DNA of 59,427 nt from Trichodelitschia bisporula (Eukaryota), in assembly GCA_010356995.1 (NCBI GenBank), contig ML996689.1, positions 1,816,691 to 1,876,117 of the forward strand. Reading direction: 5' to 3'. Below the pieces are notes generated by a model. That model had not been told where the DNA came from. It searched no databases and saw nothing but the letters and a program-made list of their open reading frames with translations. Numbering within the stretch: position 1 is the first letter of the stretch; each line of letters starts with the position of its first letter. The position numbers were made by a program, and so were the translations under genes. Of the stretch, positions 1-11,710 are shown piece by piece.

Positions 1-1364
1 CCACAGAGTCTAATAACTGCACCATTAAGACCACGGATGGGCGTCGCGCTTAGGCCAGTGCTGGTTGCCGGAGACACCAAGTCAACAGCTGCGTCGCCAA
101 GTGCACGAAATTAAGAGCAGCAGCGACTCTGAGACGCAGAAAAACGCACCACCCGCTCTCAAATCCCATCGACCGAAATCGGATATTCCCATCAAGCATC
201 GGCATTGCCGCCACCACTGGGCGCGGCTGACAGCTCGGTCGCCTTCTGGAACCCTTCCTGAAGCGTGCGGGTGCAAAACGTGAAACACAAGGGGATGGGT
301 CGCATTGGCTTTTCATCTACTCGAAGCGTTTGCACCGCGAAGCCGGTCGGCCGTTGGAGATGATGGTGTGCGCAGCATGTAGGTGAAGGTGCTGCCGTGC
401 CAAGTGGCCGCGATGGACTCCAGGGCGGGTATCATCGACGTGCCAATGTGTGGGGAAATGGAGGGATACGAGAGGCTTCAATGGCAAATCACTAACATGG
501 CTGCTACCGATCAGAACGGTGGGCGTGGGAAAAGGTGGAGGTGCATCACTGCGAGTCGTCGGACGTTTGAGGAAGACTCCTGGGCCGGCCCATTGTTTTT
601 CCAGGGCCGCGACCACAACACCAAGGCCAACACCAAGACGAACTGCATCACGGGAATCGGCAGGGGGCCATCGGCACAGACCATCGCCCACCGCTTCTTG
701 CAGCCGAGGCGGGCCGTGTGCTCTGCGACGAGAAAGAGTTTCCTTATGCCTTGTCTATAGTGTTGTTCCTACCCGTGCTCTCTCAGCAAGGTGCCGAATT
801 CCGAGAACGTGACAGCCGACCCAGCGATCCAACTCAGCTCGTCAGAGTGCCAGGACTCGAGTAAGGCTCAGTTCAGTTACACTTTTGGCCCTGGCTCCTT
901 CATTTTTCCTCTAGAGTTTGGCTGTCCATTACTCTCACCTGTCAACCGCTAAGCTCAGTTCCTTGCCACAACCATCTCCAGCTAACCCAAGGCTCAGCCA
1001 TACACCCACCAAGCACCACAGTGTATCAGGTCACCTAACCCTCAAATGTCCACCGCAGACTCACATATACAGCGGCAAACTTCTAAATCGTAAAACGTGC
1101 AATCCATATTAACTCTCCCCGATTTTGGCTTCCCCATTCGCCGCCCCTGCCAGGCACCGTCCCAGCGCGCTGGTCGATCACGCACTCCCTTCCTACCGCC
1201 ACCCATCGCGCGGCGGGATATGGCTTGTGCTTCTCCCCCCGTCCCATGCCATCCGTTGCACCCCGCAATATGGCCTGTGCAGCCTCGCCCCTCCACGCCC
1301 GGAAGCTGCGCAACCGGCGACCAGGAACCGAAGTCCAGAAACCTATCTCCCATCTCCAGCGCTG

Positions 1365-1371
1365 TATATAA
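1365..1371 (+). promoter_or_regulatory. TATA box candidate of peroxidase gene
   Basis: TATATAA about 110 nt upstream of ATG 1477, followed by a CT-rich leader. Confidence 0.4.
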
Positions 1372-1476
1372 CACCATGCCCTCCCTCCCTCTCTCCACAT
1401 CCAGTCAAGCATCCCATTTAATCTTTCGTTTCTCTTACCCTCGTTACCAACCACATTCCATTCCATTCCATCCACC

Positions 1477-2867
1477 ATGCACCCCACTACCACCCTCCTC
1501 ATCCTCCTCTCCTCCACCGCGGTGCAGGCCATCGCCTCCCCCTCCGTCCCAGACACACACCTCGCCGCCCGCCAGAACCGCGACGGGCGCCGTCCCGGCG
1601 ACGGCGCCGGCGGCAACGGCCCCCGCCCCTCCGGCCCGTGGCCCAACCCCTCCGCCTTCCCCGGCGCCGGCTTCATCGGCCAAGGCCCGCCCGCACCTTC
1701 GGGTCGTCCCCAAGGCCAAAACCAGCAAGGCGGGCAACGCGACGGCGCCGCCGCGCCCAAGGGCCCGAACGGGCCACAGCCATCCCGCTCCCCGACCCCG
1801 TCTACCAAGCCCCCGACCGGCCCACCGCCCGGCGCCAGTTTCCCGGGCATGCCAAACTTTCCTGGCATGCCGGGTGGGTCGCCGAATATGCCTGGCGCGC
1901 CGAATATGCCTGGGGCTCCGCCGAAGGCGCCGGCGGGTGGATGTCCGGCTATTTGGTTCCAGATCAGTAAGGACTTGACGGGGGAGTTCAGTGATGGCGG
2001 GCAGTGCAATGATTTTGCGCGCGGGGCGATCAGGGCCGTGTTCCATGACTGCGGGGCGTGGAAGAAGAGTCTGGGGAATAATAACAATGCGGGGTGTGAC
2101 GGGTCGCTGTTTCTTGCGAAGGAGGAATTGAGCAGGCCTGAGAATGCGGGGTTGACGGATATTGTGCCTAAGCTGGGGGCACTGGCGCAGAAGTATAATG
2201 TTGGTGTTGCGGACTTCATCCAATTTGCAGGAGGTAAGTTTCTCCCTTCTCACGCAAGAGCTATTGAGCTAACCCCACCGCAGCCCATGCAGTCAAAACC
2301 TGCCCCCTCGGCCCAATCGTGCGCATCGGCGTCGGCCGCAAAGACAGCAGCGTCGCGAACCCACCCAACCTACTCCCCAACCCGAAAGCCTCCGGCGACT
2401 CCATCTTCCAGAACTTCCAGGACAAGGGGTTCAGCGCCGTAGAGCTGGCCGCGCTAATCGGCGCGCACACTTCCGCGAAGCAGTTCGTCCAGGACCCGAG
2501 CAAGGCAGGTACTCCGCTGGATACCACGCCGGGGACGTGGGACGTGGTATGCACATTCCACACTTCACACTTGCAGCTGGGGCATGGCTAACGGGGATAG
2601 GCGTTCTACGGCCAGGTGCTCGACAAGTCAGCGCCGTTCATCCTGGCCTCTGACCAGGCGCTCTCACAGCAGGCTCAGGTCGGCCCGGCGTTCAAGGCGT
2701 TCGTCAATCAGCAGGCGGGGTGGAATGCGGCGTTTGCGCCGGCGATGAATAAGCTCGGCCTGTCTGGGGTTGATCCCGCCAGCCTGGTTGACTGCACGGC
2801 TGCGCTGCCGGGGGGTGGACCGCGGAAGTATATGGCGCGTCGGCAGGAGGAGGGGTTGCTGCGGTAG
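1477..2867 (+). CDS. Secreted class II (fungal) heme peroxidase, generic type, with Pro/Gly/Met-rich N-terminal extension
   Basis: Signal peptide; distal motif AIRAVFHDC, CDGS, proximal ALIGAHT; introns 2234-2283 (GTAAGT..CTAAC..CAG) and 2547-2600 (GTATGC..CTAAC..TAG) join ORFs 1477, 2319 and 2616 in frame. Confidence 0.9.
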
Positions 2868-3878
2868 AGCGTGTCTCGGCCACAACGTCTAACGTCTAAA
2901 TTGTAATGGTTGCTTTTTGGGGGGGTGAAATGGATGGGAGGGATGGACTGGTGGTCTCTTTTTTTTTACTTAGGCAGTTTATTGAATGAATTGAATGATG
3001 CAGCGCATTTTGGCGAGCCTCGCGAAGTGGACTTGACGTTGGGAGGCGAGGCGTGCCCTACCGGAGCGGCGCATGAATGCGCGGGCCGCGCCGGGGCTGG
3101 GCAGGGGTGGGACGGGGAAGGTTTGGAGAAGGGTTTAGCGGGATCGGAGATCGGGGCGGGAGGTCGGTGCTGATACAGGGGCTGGGGTGCGATATGTTTC
3201 TTGTTAAGGATTACTTAATGGGTGTGGTATTAACTGTGGGGCATGGACTCCGCATGCTGGGTGGAGTCCGGAGCTCGTTCTGGGGCTGGAAGGCTGAGGC
3301 TGGCCGAGATCCACTTGGAATGGCGTGTTGTCGGCGTCGGCAAAAGTGACGTACGTTGGAGAGGTTCGAGGCTCGACATCTCCGCTTCGGGAACGGTAGG
3401 CCCAGACTTGGTGATGGGTTTAACGATGGCTTCATATCTTCGGTTTGAGTCGCAGATCGAACCGAGAGCTGACTATTGAACAGACAATTGTTATTCTCTT
3501 ATTTCGAACCGTTCTTCGCCTCCGCTAGCATATCCGGATTTATCAGATATGTTCAATTGATAATACCGTGTTCGTTCTCACGACTTCGGGCTCGCCTTTA
3601 GACTCTCACCAATACTACGGGCAGGCCTACTGTTGTCCACTCCACTCATCAGCTCCACCTCTGCTGCTCTCCACCTGCTAATCCGGAGCAGCATCCAGAC
3701 CTTCAAAAAAGCCGATCCGCCATGACACTGGGTCTCCGACAGCGTGCTAACCGGACAGATATAAGCCCGCATCCCCAATCCCCGATACCTCGCCAACTCC
3801 CTCCCCGACTCCAACTCGTGTCACTCACTTCCAACCCCGAACCATACCAAAGCCTTCCTCGTCAGCATCACGCCAGCC

Positions 3879-4484
3879 ATGCGCCCTCTCACCCTCCTCC
3901 TCACACTCCTCAGCACAACCTTAACACACGCCTCCTCCCTCGTCAAACCACATTCGTGCCCGGCACTGCCCAAGGGCCATCTATCACCTCACTCAACCCA
4001 CCAAATCTCCTACAACACCCCCTGGACCCCCTACGCCCCCAACAAATTTGCCCTCCTAACCCCCCACGACCACTGCACCCTCACAACCTTCTCCATCCCG
4101 CCCTCCGCATCCGGAAAAACCTGCACGTTACTCTTCTCCATACCTCCCCTCGCACCTGGTAAAATCGGCGGCTGCGGCGAAGCCACCTACCTTTTCAGCG
4201 GGGGGGGGACGTTCGAGTTCTACGCTTATGGCCCCGGGGTGGGGGAGGGGATTAAGGAAAAGGGCGTAAGTTACGTGGATCAGGCGGTGTGGCCCGGGGG
4301 TGTGGTTAAGGAAATGAGCGTTGTGCCGGGGAAAGTGTACACCGTGTGGGAGGGCGCGTGTCGTGTGGGCAAAGTCGCTGGGCGGATGTGTTCGCGGGAT
4401 ACGTATCTCGGGTATTCGCTTGGAAAGGGCAAGGAGGAAAAGGGGGCCTGTAAGGTGGGCATGTTTGTCGGGATCGGAAAATAG
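3879..4484 (+). CDS. Secreted But2 C-terminal-domain-like (cell wall) protein
   Basis: Signal peptide MRPLTLLLTLLSTTLTHA; FSIPPSASGKTCTLLFSIP...YLFSGGGTFEF resembles fungal But2-domain proteins; Cys-rich. Confidence 0.7.
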   Translation: MRPLTLLLTLLSTTLTHASSLVKPHSCPALPKGHLSPHSTHQISYNTPWTPYAPNKFALLTPHDHCTLTTFSIPPSASGKTCTLLFSIPPLAPGKIGGCGEATYLFSGGGTFEFYAYGPGVGEGIKEKGVSYVDQAVWPGGVVKEMSVVPGKVYTVWEGACRVGKVAGRMCSRDTYLGYSLGKGKEEKGACKVGMFVGIGK

Positions 4485-4546
4485 TCGGCAGCTTCCTCGG
4501 CTGCACCAAAAGTCTATTCATCAATGTACATAACCTATCACACTCT

Positions 4547-5521
4547 TCACTCATACGGACTGGGAATCTCAATCCTCACCCAATACACCACACCTCCCCT
4601 CCTGCCCCCCGCCTTCACACACACAGCATTACTCCCCCCATTCCCCATCCCCACATCGGCATGCGCATACCCCCCACCCAACCCCGCGGCCCTCCCCACC
4701 ACCCATCTTACAATAGCCTTCGCAATGCCCCTCCTCCTCCACTCCTCCTCAACACCAAGACTCGTCACCGACCCATCCAGCCCCACAAAACCCCACCCCA
4801 CCAACTGTTCTCCTTCATACACCCCTACCGACTCTAAACCGGCCATCGTGCCCTCCCCGCGCGGGACCTCCGTCCTTTCCAACACAGTCTTTAGATCCTG
4901 TCTCCGAACCGGACTTTCCATCCTCAACCCCGCCGGCAGCGCCGCCTCCCCCTCCCCCTCCTGCGGCTGGAAGATATACTTCCAATACCCCTCCTCCAAA
5001 CCCGGTAAATCCCTCGCCACCCACCCCCTCCCATCCAGCACCCTCGCCGGTCCCTCCGCCAAACTCCCAATAAGCAACGGCTCCCTCCCCTCAGGAGGAA
5101 AATACCGCCCCGTCCTCGCCGGCCGCGCCTCCACCGGAGGAAGAGGCAACCCCGTCATATACGCGACCAACTCCATCAACGCTTCCGCACACGCGGGGCA
5201 CACATCGCGCGGCTTCTCCTTCTCCCCCTCTGCCTTCTCGTGCACGGTCTCAGCGGCCGCAAATCCAGCGCAGCGTCCTGGTGCGGATCCGGAAACGAAG
5301 ATCCAGCTCTCTGTTTCGGGGCGGTGCGAGCGGTCGAGGTAGGCGGCGGCCCAGCATTGGGGGGGAGGGGAGGAGGGCGGGAAGGTTGCGAGGATGTGCG
5401 AGTGTGGGGTGGGGGTGGGGTGCGAGAGGCGGGCGGTGAGGGGGAGGGAGTGAGGGAGGAAGGCGTGGAGGGCGGGGAGGAGGGTTTGGCCGGAGGGGGG
5501 GTGCTCGTATATCTCGGTCAT
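4547..5521 (-). CDS. GNAT acetyltransferase, FR47-like
   Basis: 324-aa ORF; acetyl-CoA motif LGVEEEWRRRGIAK, GWGFVGLDGS, GNGGS. Confidence 0.85.
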   Translation of the reverse strand: MTEIYEHPPSGQTLLPALHAFLPHSLPLTARLSHPTPTPHSHILATFPPSSPPPQCWAAAYLDRSHRPETESWIFVSGSAPGRCAGFAAAETVHEKAEGEKEKPRDVCPACAEALMELVAYMTGLPLPPVEARPARTGRYFPPEGREPLLIGSLAEGPARVLDGRGWVARDLPGLEEGYWKYIFQPQEGEGEAALPAGLRMESPVRRQDLKTVLERTEVPRGEGTMAGLESVGVYEGEQLVGWGFVGLDGSVTSLGVEEEWRRRGIAKAIVRWVVGRAAGLGGGYAHADVGMGNGGSNAVCVKAGGRRGGVVYWVRIEIPSPYE

Positions 5522-5736
5522 CGTAACAAATGGTGGTGGGGAGAAAAGTTGGTGAGCGAGGGAAGTTGGTGACTTAACCTTGGTGGGGTGGAGATGTAGG
5601 CAGCACTTCCCCGCCGAGCAGCAGGGGATAAAAAGCGGGTGGCTTGCCTAGCGCGAACGCGGGGCAAGGCTGAGACGCATGAACAGGACTAACAATAACC
5701 ACGAACTCCACCTAGGAAGAAAAGAGAAAACTAGAA

Positions 5737-7010
5737 CTAAACCCCCCACACAACGCAGGTAGCCTGCTCCGCCCCCATCCGCATCTTCACCCGCGCAACC
5801 TCCTCATCAAAAAGATCACTCCACCCATTCCTCTTCAACACCACCACCGCCCCACTCTTCTGCAGCGCAACCGCCATGAAAACCCCATCAGCGGACACCG
5901 CGAACGAGCGCGGGAACGAGCCACCGGCGCGCTGGAGCGGTTGTTTGACGAGTAGCCCCGAGGGCAGGATGGCATATGTCATGAGGCTGTCGACGGACGG
6001 GTTGCGGCCGAAGGATGCGTCGTTGCGGTTGCTGACGATGAGGTTGGATTGGCCGAGGGTGTTGGTCTGCGTGGTCAGCTTCACGCTTTATTAACGAGAA
6101 GGGGGGGGGGGTGGGGAGGGAGTACCGTAATCGCAATCTCCGCCGGCGCAACCAGACTCGCCCCATCAGGCCCAACCAGCCTCTCCCTCCCCTCAGGCAA
6201 CGTATCCCACCGCCCAACCTCATAAAACGCAATCTCCCGCTCCGAGCGATGGCTCACCACATACCCCGCCACATCCCCCGCCAACTCCCCAACCAGGTAA
6301 AACATATAATCCCCATTCCCCATCGGCCCCGGCGAGAAAACACCATGCCTGGGCCCAGTACCCTTCGGCGTCTTCAGCGGCGCCAGCGGACTCAGCAGCC
6401 CATTCCCCTCCACGTAAAAAACGTGCACTTGATCGAATCCCAAATCCGGCACGAGCAGAAACCTGCCCGACGGATCCAGTAGCACCTGGTGCGGATGCGG
6501 CGCCTCCTGCCTCTGCGCAATCTTGCCCGTCTCAAACCCCCAGCCCTGCCGCTTGAAATCGAAGCTCTGCAACAACTCCAACTTCCCCTTCGCCCGGCGG
6601 TACGTCTGCAGTGCGCTCGCGCCGTAATGCGCGACCGCAACCGCACTCCCGTTGCCGAACACCACGGCCGAGACACCGCCCTGCAGCGCCTTGACCCGCG
6701 CTGTCTCTTCTAAGTTCCCGCCTGATTTGACGTCATAGGCGACGAGCGTGCCGTTCGGGCTCCCGCCGATGGCCTCGTCGACGAGGAACAGCGTATTGGA
6801 CGCTTTGTCCAGCGTAAGCCAGGACGGGGAGTTGGTGCTCGTATTCAGCGCGCCAGTCTGACGTAGCGCGTACCCGCCGCCGGCGGGCTTAGGGCCGAAC
6901 TCGAGGATGCTGATGTTGCCAGCCCAGTTACCAGAGCTGTAAGAAGAGACGTAGAGCGGCGTAGCCGAAGCCAACTGGGAAACGAGCATGAGGGGCGCTA
7001 CGAGCTGCAT
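5737..7010 (-). CDS. Secreted 7-bladed beta-propeller lactonase (6-phosphogluconolactonase / muconate cyclase family)
   Basis: Signal peptide from ATG 7010; QEAPHPHQ, VPDLGFD, GTGPRH, AEI, VSNR, FPRSF motifs; intron 6067-6125 (GTACTC..GCTGAC..CAG) joins the two ORFs in frame. Confidence 0.9.
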
Positions 7011-7407
7011 TGTGTTGATGTTTGTGGGGTGTGGTGGGAGCGGAGCGGCGGGCCGGGCCATTTTTGTAGAACTAAATTAGGCGGGGGCAACGTGGCCGTG
7101 GCTCTTTCATTCTCGTGTGGGGCAGGAAGGCTGGGCGGCATTTCAGCCGCTCACGTGAGGAGCCTTGTGTGTGGTATTTCGGACGACATCACGACAAACA
7201 CTGGCAATTGTCTGATATCTATAGAGTCAAGATGACCCGGAAAAATGTTCTCGGGGTTTCCACACTGAATGGCCGGCGCGTCATGTTGCTGTTGTCTTCA
7301 ACGCGTTTTCCTCAATGTCTTCCTCTTCTCCACAACAGCACAACCATCCCCATTCATCTCCACCCCCCCCCATTCCCACATCCATTTGACTTGCATTAGC
7401 CTTCACC

Positions 7408-10400
7408 ATGGCGTGGCACGCCGTAGAATTCACTTCGGTCCCACCCGAATATCCAAACACCCAATTCTACGACACCGCCGGCCCTCACCTCCCCCTCCCC
7501 GGTCTCGACCCTCCTCATCGCGGAGTCTTCGATCTCCCAGTCTCCTACCCTCCAGCTCCCGCCATAGCCTCCGGCTGTGACAAAAAGAACGCGACTCTGC
7601 ATGCCTTCCACGTAACCGCAGACCGAGGCTTCCTCCCGCGAGTAGACCCAGTCACCACCCTCCCCGCCGCCTTCTCGCCCCTAGAATCCCTCCTCCAGCG
7701 TCTCCCCATCCGCCGCGCCGACGGCACACCGGGACTCCTCGCCTCGCAGTCGCTCATCGACGCCGTCTTTTCGGAGTTGCCTGATCTGAGCGAAGAAATC
7801 GACACGCACGTAGCCGACTTGCCGCTGATGCTGGCGCTGTACCGCGACTACTCCTTCCTCGCGACTGCGTTCCTATTCGAGCCGTGCTTCACGCGGCGCC
7901 GCTCGAATCGGCACTATGGAGTCGCACGCATGATGCTCCCGCCCTGCATCGCGCGTCCACTGGTCAAGCTAGCGCCGTTCTACAGCGAGGGCCCGACGAG
8001 TCCGAAGCCGTTCATGGAGCACCTTGGTTCACTGGCTTTGTACAACTGGCTTTCGACCGGCGGGAAGAGCGTAGCACCGATTCGGTGGTTTGAGGACAAC
8101 CGGCCTGGGTCGTGGGAGGCGGAGTACACGTCGCTCTATGTGAACCTCTATCGGAAGAGCACGGGTCTTGTGGCGATGGCGGTGAAAACCATTACCGGTG
8201 CCGCGAATGCCAATGTGCTTGAGATGAAGTGGGCATTGGAGCGCCTCGAGGAGGTGCTCAAGGAGATTAACGGGCTCATGAAAGGTATGTCGCGCTCACC
8301 GAGGGGAGTGCACGCTAACGTTCCAGACATCTGGGTCTCCCGCATTGCCAAAGAGCGCCCCTCCTTCGCGACATTCCTCCTCAGCCTCGGCAGCCCGGGC
8401 ATGTTTCCCTGCGGCGTGAGCTACGAAGGCGTACGCGAGGAAGCATACTTCTTCACCGGCGAAAACGGCGCGCACGACATTCTGGTACGTCCTCCCCATA
8501 TCCCACTGAAGCTCCCCTGCTAACAGCCCAGTTTGCTACCGCCGCCGCGGTCCTGCAGATCCCTACACCCTCTTCCGCCGACCTCCCCGAGCTGACAGCA
8601 GATGCCGACTTCCATGCCTTCCGCCCAGGCACGCACGGCAAATTCCTATCCTGGCTCTCCGGCGCCGCGGCGGTATTCAACGTCCGCTCCACCGCCATCG
8701 CCGACCTCTGCGCCGCGGACGCCTACGCGCGCTGCGTGGACCAGGTTCGCTCATACCAGTGGCGCCTGTGGTCGGTGCAAAAGGAGGCCTCTAGCTCGCG
8801 CAGCGATGCAGTCTCAGAGACGACTGAGGCCAAAGACCTGAACGCTACGCTGGAAGTCCTGATTGCCCTGGATGATCAACATCTGCTGCTGGGCCACTGG
8901 GAGGATAAGATTTCCACCATCCGTGCGCAAAAGGCGGCTCTTGAGATAGAGCGCTTTGGGGCGCGCGAGGCGGCGTCGCGCATGTATGAGTACATGTCTG
9001 CACGCGAGAATCAAAACGCTAAATATGAGGCTGTTGTGGACGAACAGGTTGAGCAACTGGCGAGGTGGAAGCTTGGAGAGAACGAGTACCTGGCAAAGAG
9101 GCGCGCGTGGAAGGAGAACGCTCCGACTAGGGCCGAGAGGCAGGAGCGCGCAGAGGAGAAGAACGAGGAGTGCATGCACGAGTTGAAGACTAGGGAGGCA
9201 GCTTGGGCTGGTGACAAGGAAGCGGCGAGAGTGATCAAGAAATATGACGAGGGGCGGTTGAAAATTATCGCGCTGAGGTGGGAGGCCCGTGAGCGGAAGG
9301 CAAAGCAGCGGGAGTTGCAGATTAAGGGTGCATCGCAGAAGAAGAAAACGGAAGAGGAAAATCGCAAAAAGGAAGAGGCAGGCAAGGTCAAGACGGAAGA
9401 GGAGGGCATGGCCGAAAATGAGGAGGCGATGGCCGAGGACGAGGAGGAGATTCCCGAGGAAGAGGAGGCGATGTCCGAGGAAGAGGAGGACGATCACCGC
9501 ATGGAAGAGGAGTACGCCCTCCATATGGAAGAGGACGTTCTCCTCCGTATGGACGAGGAGGTGATGACCAAGGAAGAGTATAGCCGTCTCCGCCTGGAAG
9601 AGGCCATACGCGACGACCTGGCAGAATCGCTTGCCTTCCAACGCAAGCTCGAGGAGTGGATCCAGCGGGGGGACGCAAGCAATCACTCAGAGAAGTGCGA
9701 GGAGGCCGGAACTCAGTTGGAGGCCGCAACGGAGGCGAATGATGATGAGTTCATGCAGCCTTCACTCGAGGGTGCTGCGGGGGCGGTTCAGCATGCCGCA
9801 GGGCCTTTCCAGTCCCCAGGGCCGTCCCAAGACGACTGCGCGCTTTACATCGATGCCCAAGTTGACGAGGACGGCAATGAGGAATGGAGCGCCGCGGACC
9901 CTTTTCACGACTCCAAGCAGCTGCTCCCCACGCCTGCTGCGCACGACCAAGACGATTTCGCGCTTGAAAGCGATGACTCCCCGGGCCCGTCCCAAGACGA
10001 CTGCGTGCTTTACCGCAACCTTGAATCCGATGAGGAGAGTGATGACAGCGAGCATCTGTACTCCCCGGGGCCTTCGCAAGACAACTGTCGGCTTTACACT
10101 GGTGTTCAAGCTGATGAGGAGGGTGATGACGAGGATACCAACGCCGCAGGACCTGTCCAGAGCGACCTCGTTATGCCGCTCATCGTGCTCAACGGCGATG
10201 CCGAAGTAGATGCTGAAGGTGACAATGAGGATCAAAACGCCGCGGGCTCTTCCGCGGACGACGCTCAGCAGGCGCTCCCGGCGCCCGTTGAGGACGGGGA
10301 TGACGACTGGGCGGTTTCCAGCGACGATGAAGATGGTGCTTCTGTTAGCGTCAGCACTGAGGATAACGAAGAGGGCGGTGATGTTAGCCGCATCACTGAG

Positions 10401-10511
10401 GTTCATGAAGATGGTGACGGCATTGAGGATGACGAAGATGGTGATGATGTTAGCATCACCATTTCGGATTTTGAGGCGTGGTACGCTGGAGAGGGTGAAG
10501 ACTATTTTTAG
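7408..10511 (+). CDS. Degenerate indoleamine 2,3-dioxygenase (fungal IDO-gamma-like) domain fused to coiled-coil and acidic tail, ~1004 aa
   Basis: RGFLPRVDPV..LP, LYRDYSFLA..LFEPC, KPFME, MFPCGVSYEGV, GENGAHD match IDO-gamma; introns 8285-8326 and 8485-8531 splice into the frame of ORF 8736-10511. Confidence 0.8.
9813..10097 (+). repeat. Three dispersed ~36-bp coding repeats (SPGPSQD[DN]CxLY)
   Basis: Copies start at 9813, 9978 and 10062: TCCCCRGGSCCKTCSCAAGACRACTGY..GCTTTAC. Confidence 0.85.
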
Positions 10512-10998
10512 TCGGTCCTCAGTCGAGAGTTTGAAGATGGCTAGCGTGAGTGTGGCTCGTGGGTTCATTCTTGAGCCTTCAGCTATGCTTGAGCGTGAGC
10601 TGCATGCTTGATGACTCTCATGTTCACGGCGGGGCGTTGGGCGGTCTTTTCTAGCTTTGAGATACCCGAGATACCCTCAATGAAGTTAGCGGCTTGATAG
10701 CAATGTGTGTTTTAAACATTTTCCAAGGCAAAAGTGTGCTCGGGGCTTGTTGTAGTCGAACCATGGCCACAAGCCTGCTCCAAGGAGAGCCCATGCTGAG
10801 CAGAAGTCAGCTTTAGTCGCCCTCCTGATATAATTGGTGGAAAGGAACAGGAGGCGAACTCATCATATAATAGTAGTGCAAACCGTGACATAGACCTAGC
10901 TTGCGATAGACACCGTCTAAAGGCAGATAGTCACCCAGCGCACCAGCGACATGAAAGCATCAACGTCCGAAAATGTACAAGTATCCCATCTATGCCCC

Positions 10999-11710
10999 TC
11001 ACCCAACCGCCCATTCCTCCTTCCAAAAGGCCAACATCCCCTCCGCCTCCGCCTCGTCCATCCCAGTCATCTCCAACGTTGTCTTCGCCCGCGGGTCTGC
11101 ACCCATACAGGCCATATCAGCAAAGCTCGGATAAGCTTCTGTCAATCTCAGAAGCGCAGCATCGCTCATTGGTGGGGCCATTGTGCAACTCCGCACCAAG
11201 TCCAGCCTATCCAGTACCTGCGGCTTGGGTCCATTCTGTCGACGGCTTTCACGATACTGAGTCACTAAAGCTCCTAGCTTTTCCGGGCTGTCGAGGACCA
11301 CTGCCGGCACGTTCAGCGCGAGCATGCACAAGCGCAGCTGCAGGGCGGAGAGTGCATTGGCGGCCGGGGCACGAGCATGGACGTCGATTGCGGGGAACAG
11401 AAAGACTATGAGGGTGTGGGCACAGCCGGTGAGCGCGGCGAGGCGCTCGATGCGGATAATGGTGGAGGCTTCGCGCGAGGAACTCATGCCGTCCGGCGAT
11501 ACAATGAGAATGGAGAGATGGTCATTGCGGGAGAGAGGAATTTGCAAGTCGTGGGTTTGGAGGGAATTTTCTAGGGAATGAGCGAGTGTTGATGCCGGAT
11601 AAGGTTATGGGGAGGGTACCTTTAAGGCCCAGCCGAGATTCATCAGCAACTATGGCTGCCACGAGGCGGCCACATGACGGCCGACGCCGGAGACTGGAGC
11701 AGAATGTCAT
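10999..11710 (-). CDS. Conserved fungal protein, possible Spo16/ERCC1-like meiotic crossover factor
   Basis: ATG 11710; intron 11571-11619 (GTACCC..TAG) joins ORF 11522-11710 to ORF 10999-11547; alpha/beta core (SILIVS..IERLAALTG..LIVFLF) plus helical C-terminus ending AFWKEEW. Confidence 0.55.

Noticed and set aside
860..1000. Recurring AAG(G)CTCAG motif (three copies) upstream of the peroxidase
   Set aside because: Too short and too few to separate from chance; no recognised factor
1030..1045. CTAACCCT as a possible telomerase RNA template or telomeric repeat
   Set aside because: Single partial match; I found no 1.5-repeat template or TTAGGG array in the window
1083..2253. Long antisense and alternative-frame ORFs (also over the GNAT, IDO tail, NBR1, RSM24 and ECH1)
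   Set aside because: Shadow ORFs caused by high GC and codon bias opposite well-supported genes
1477..10511. Peroxidase, GNAT, lactonase and IDO-like genes as an aromatic-catabolism or secondary-metabolite cluster
   Set aside because: No backbone enzyme, transporter or cluster regulator; mixed secreted and cytosolic products; the IDO looks catalytically dead
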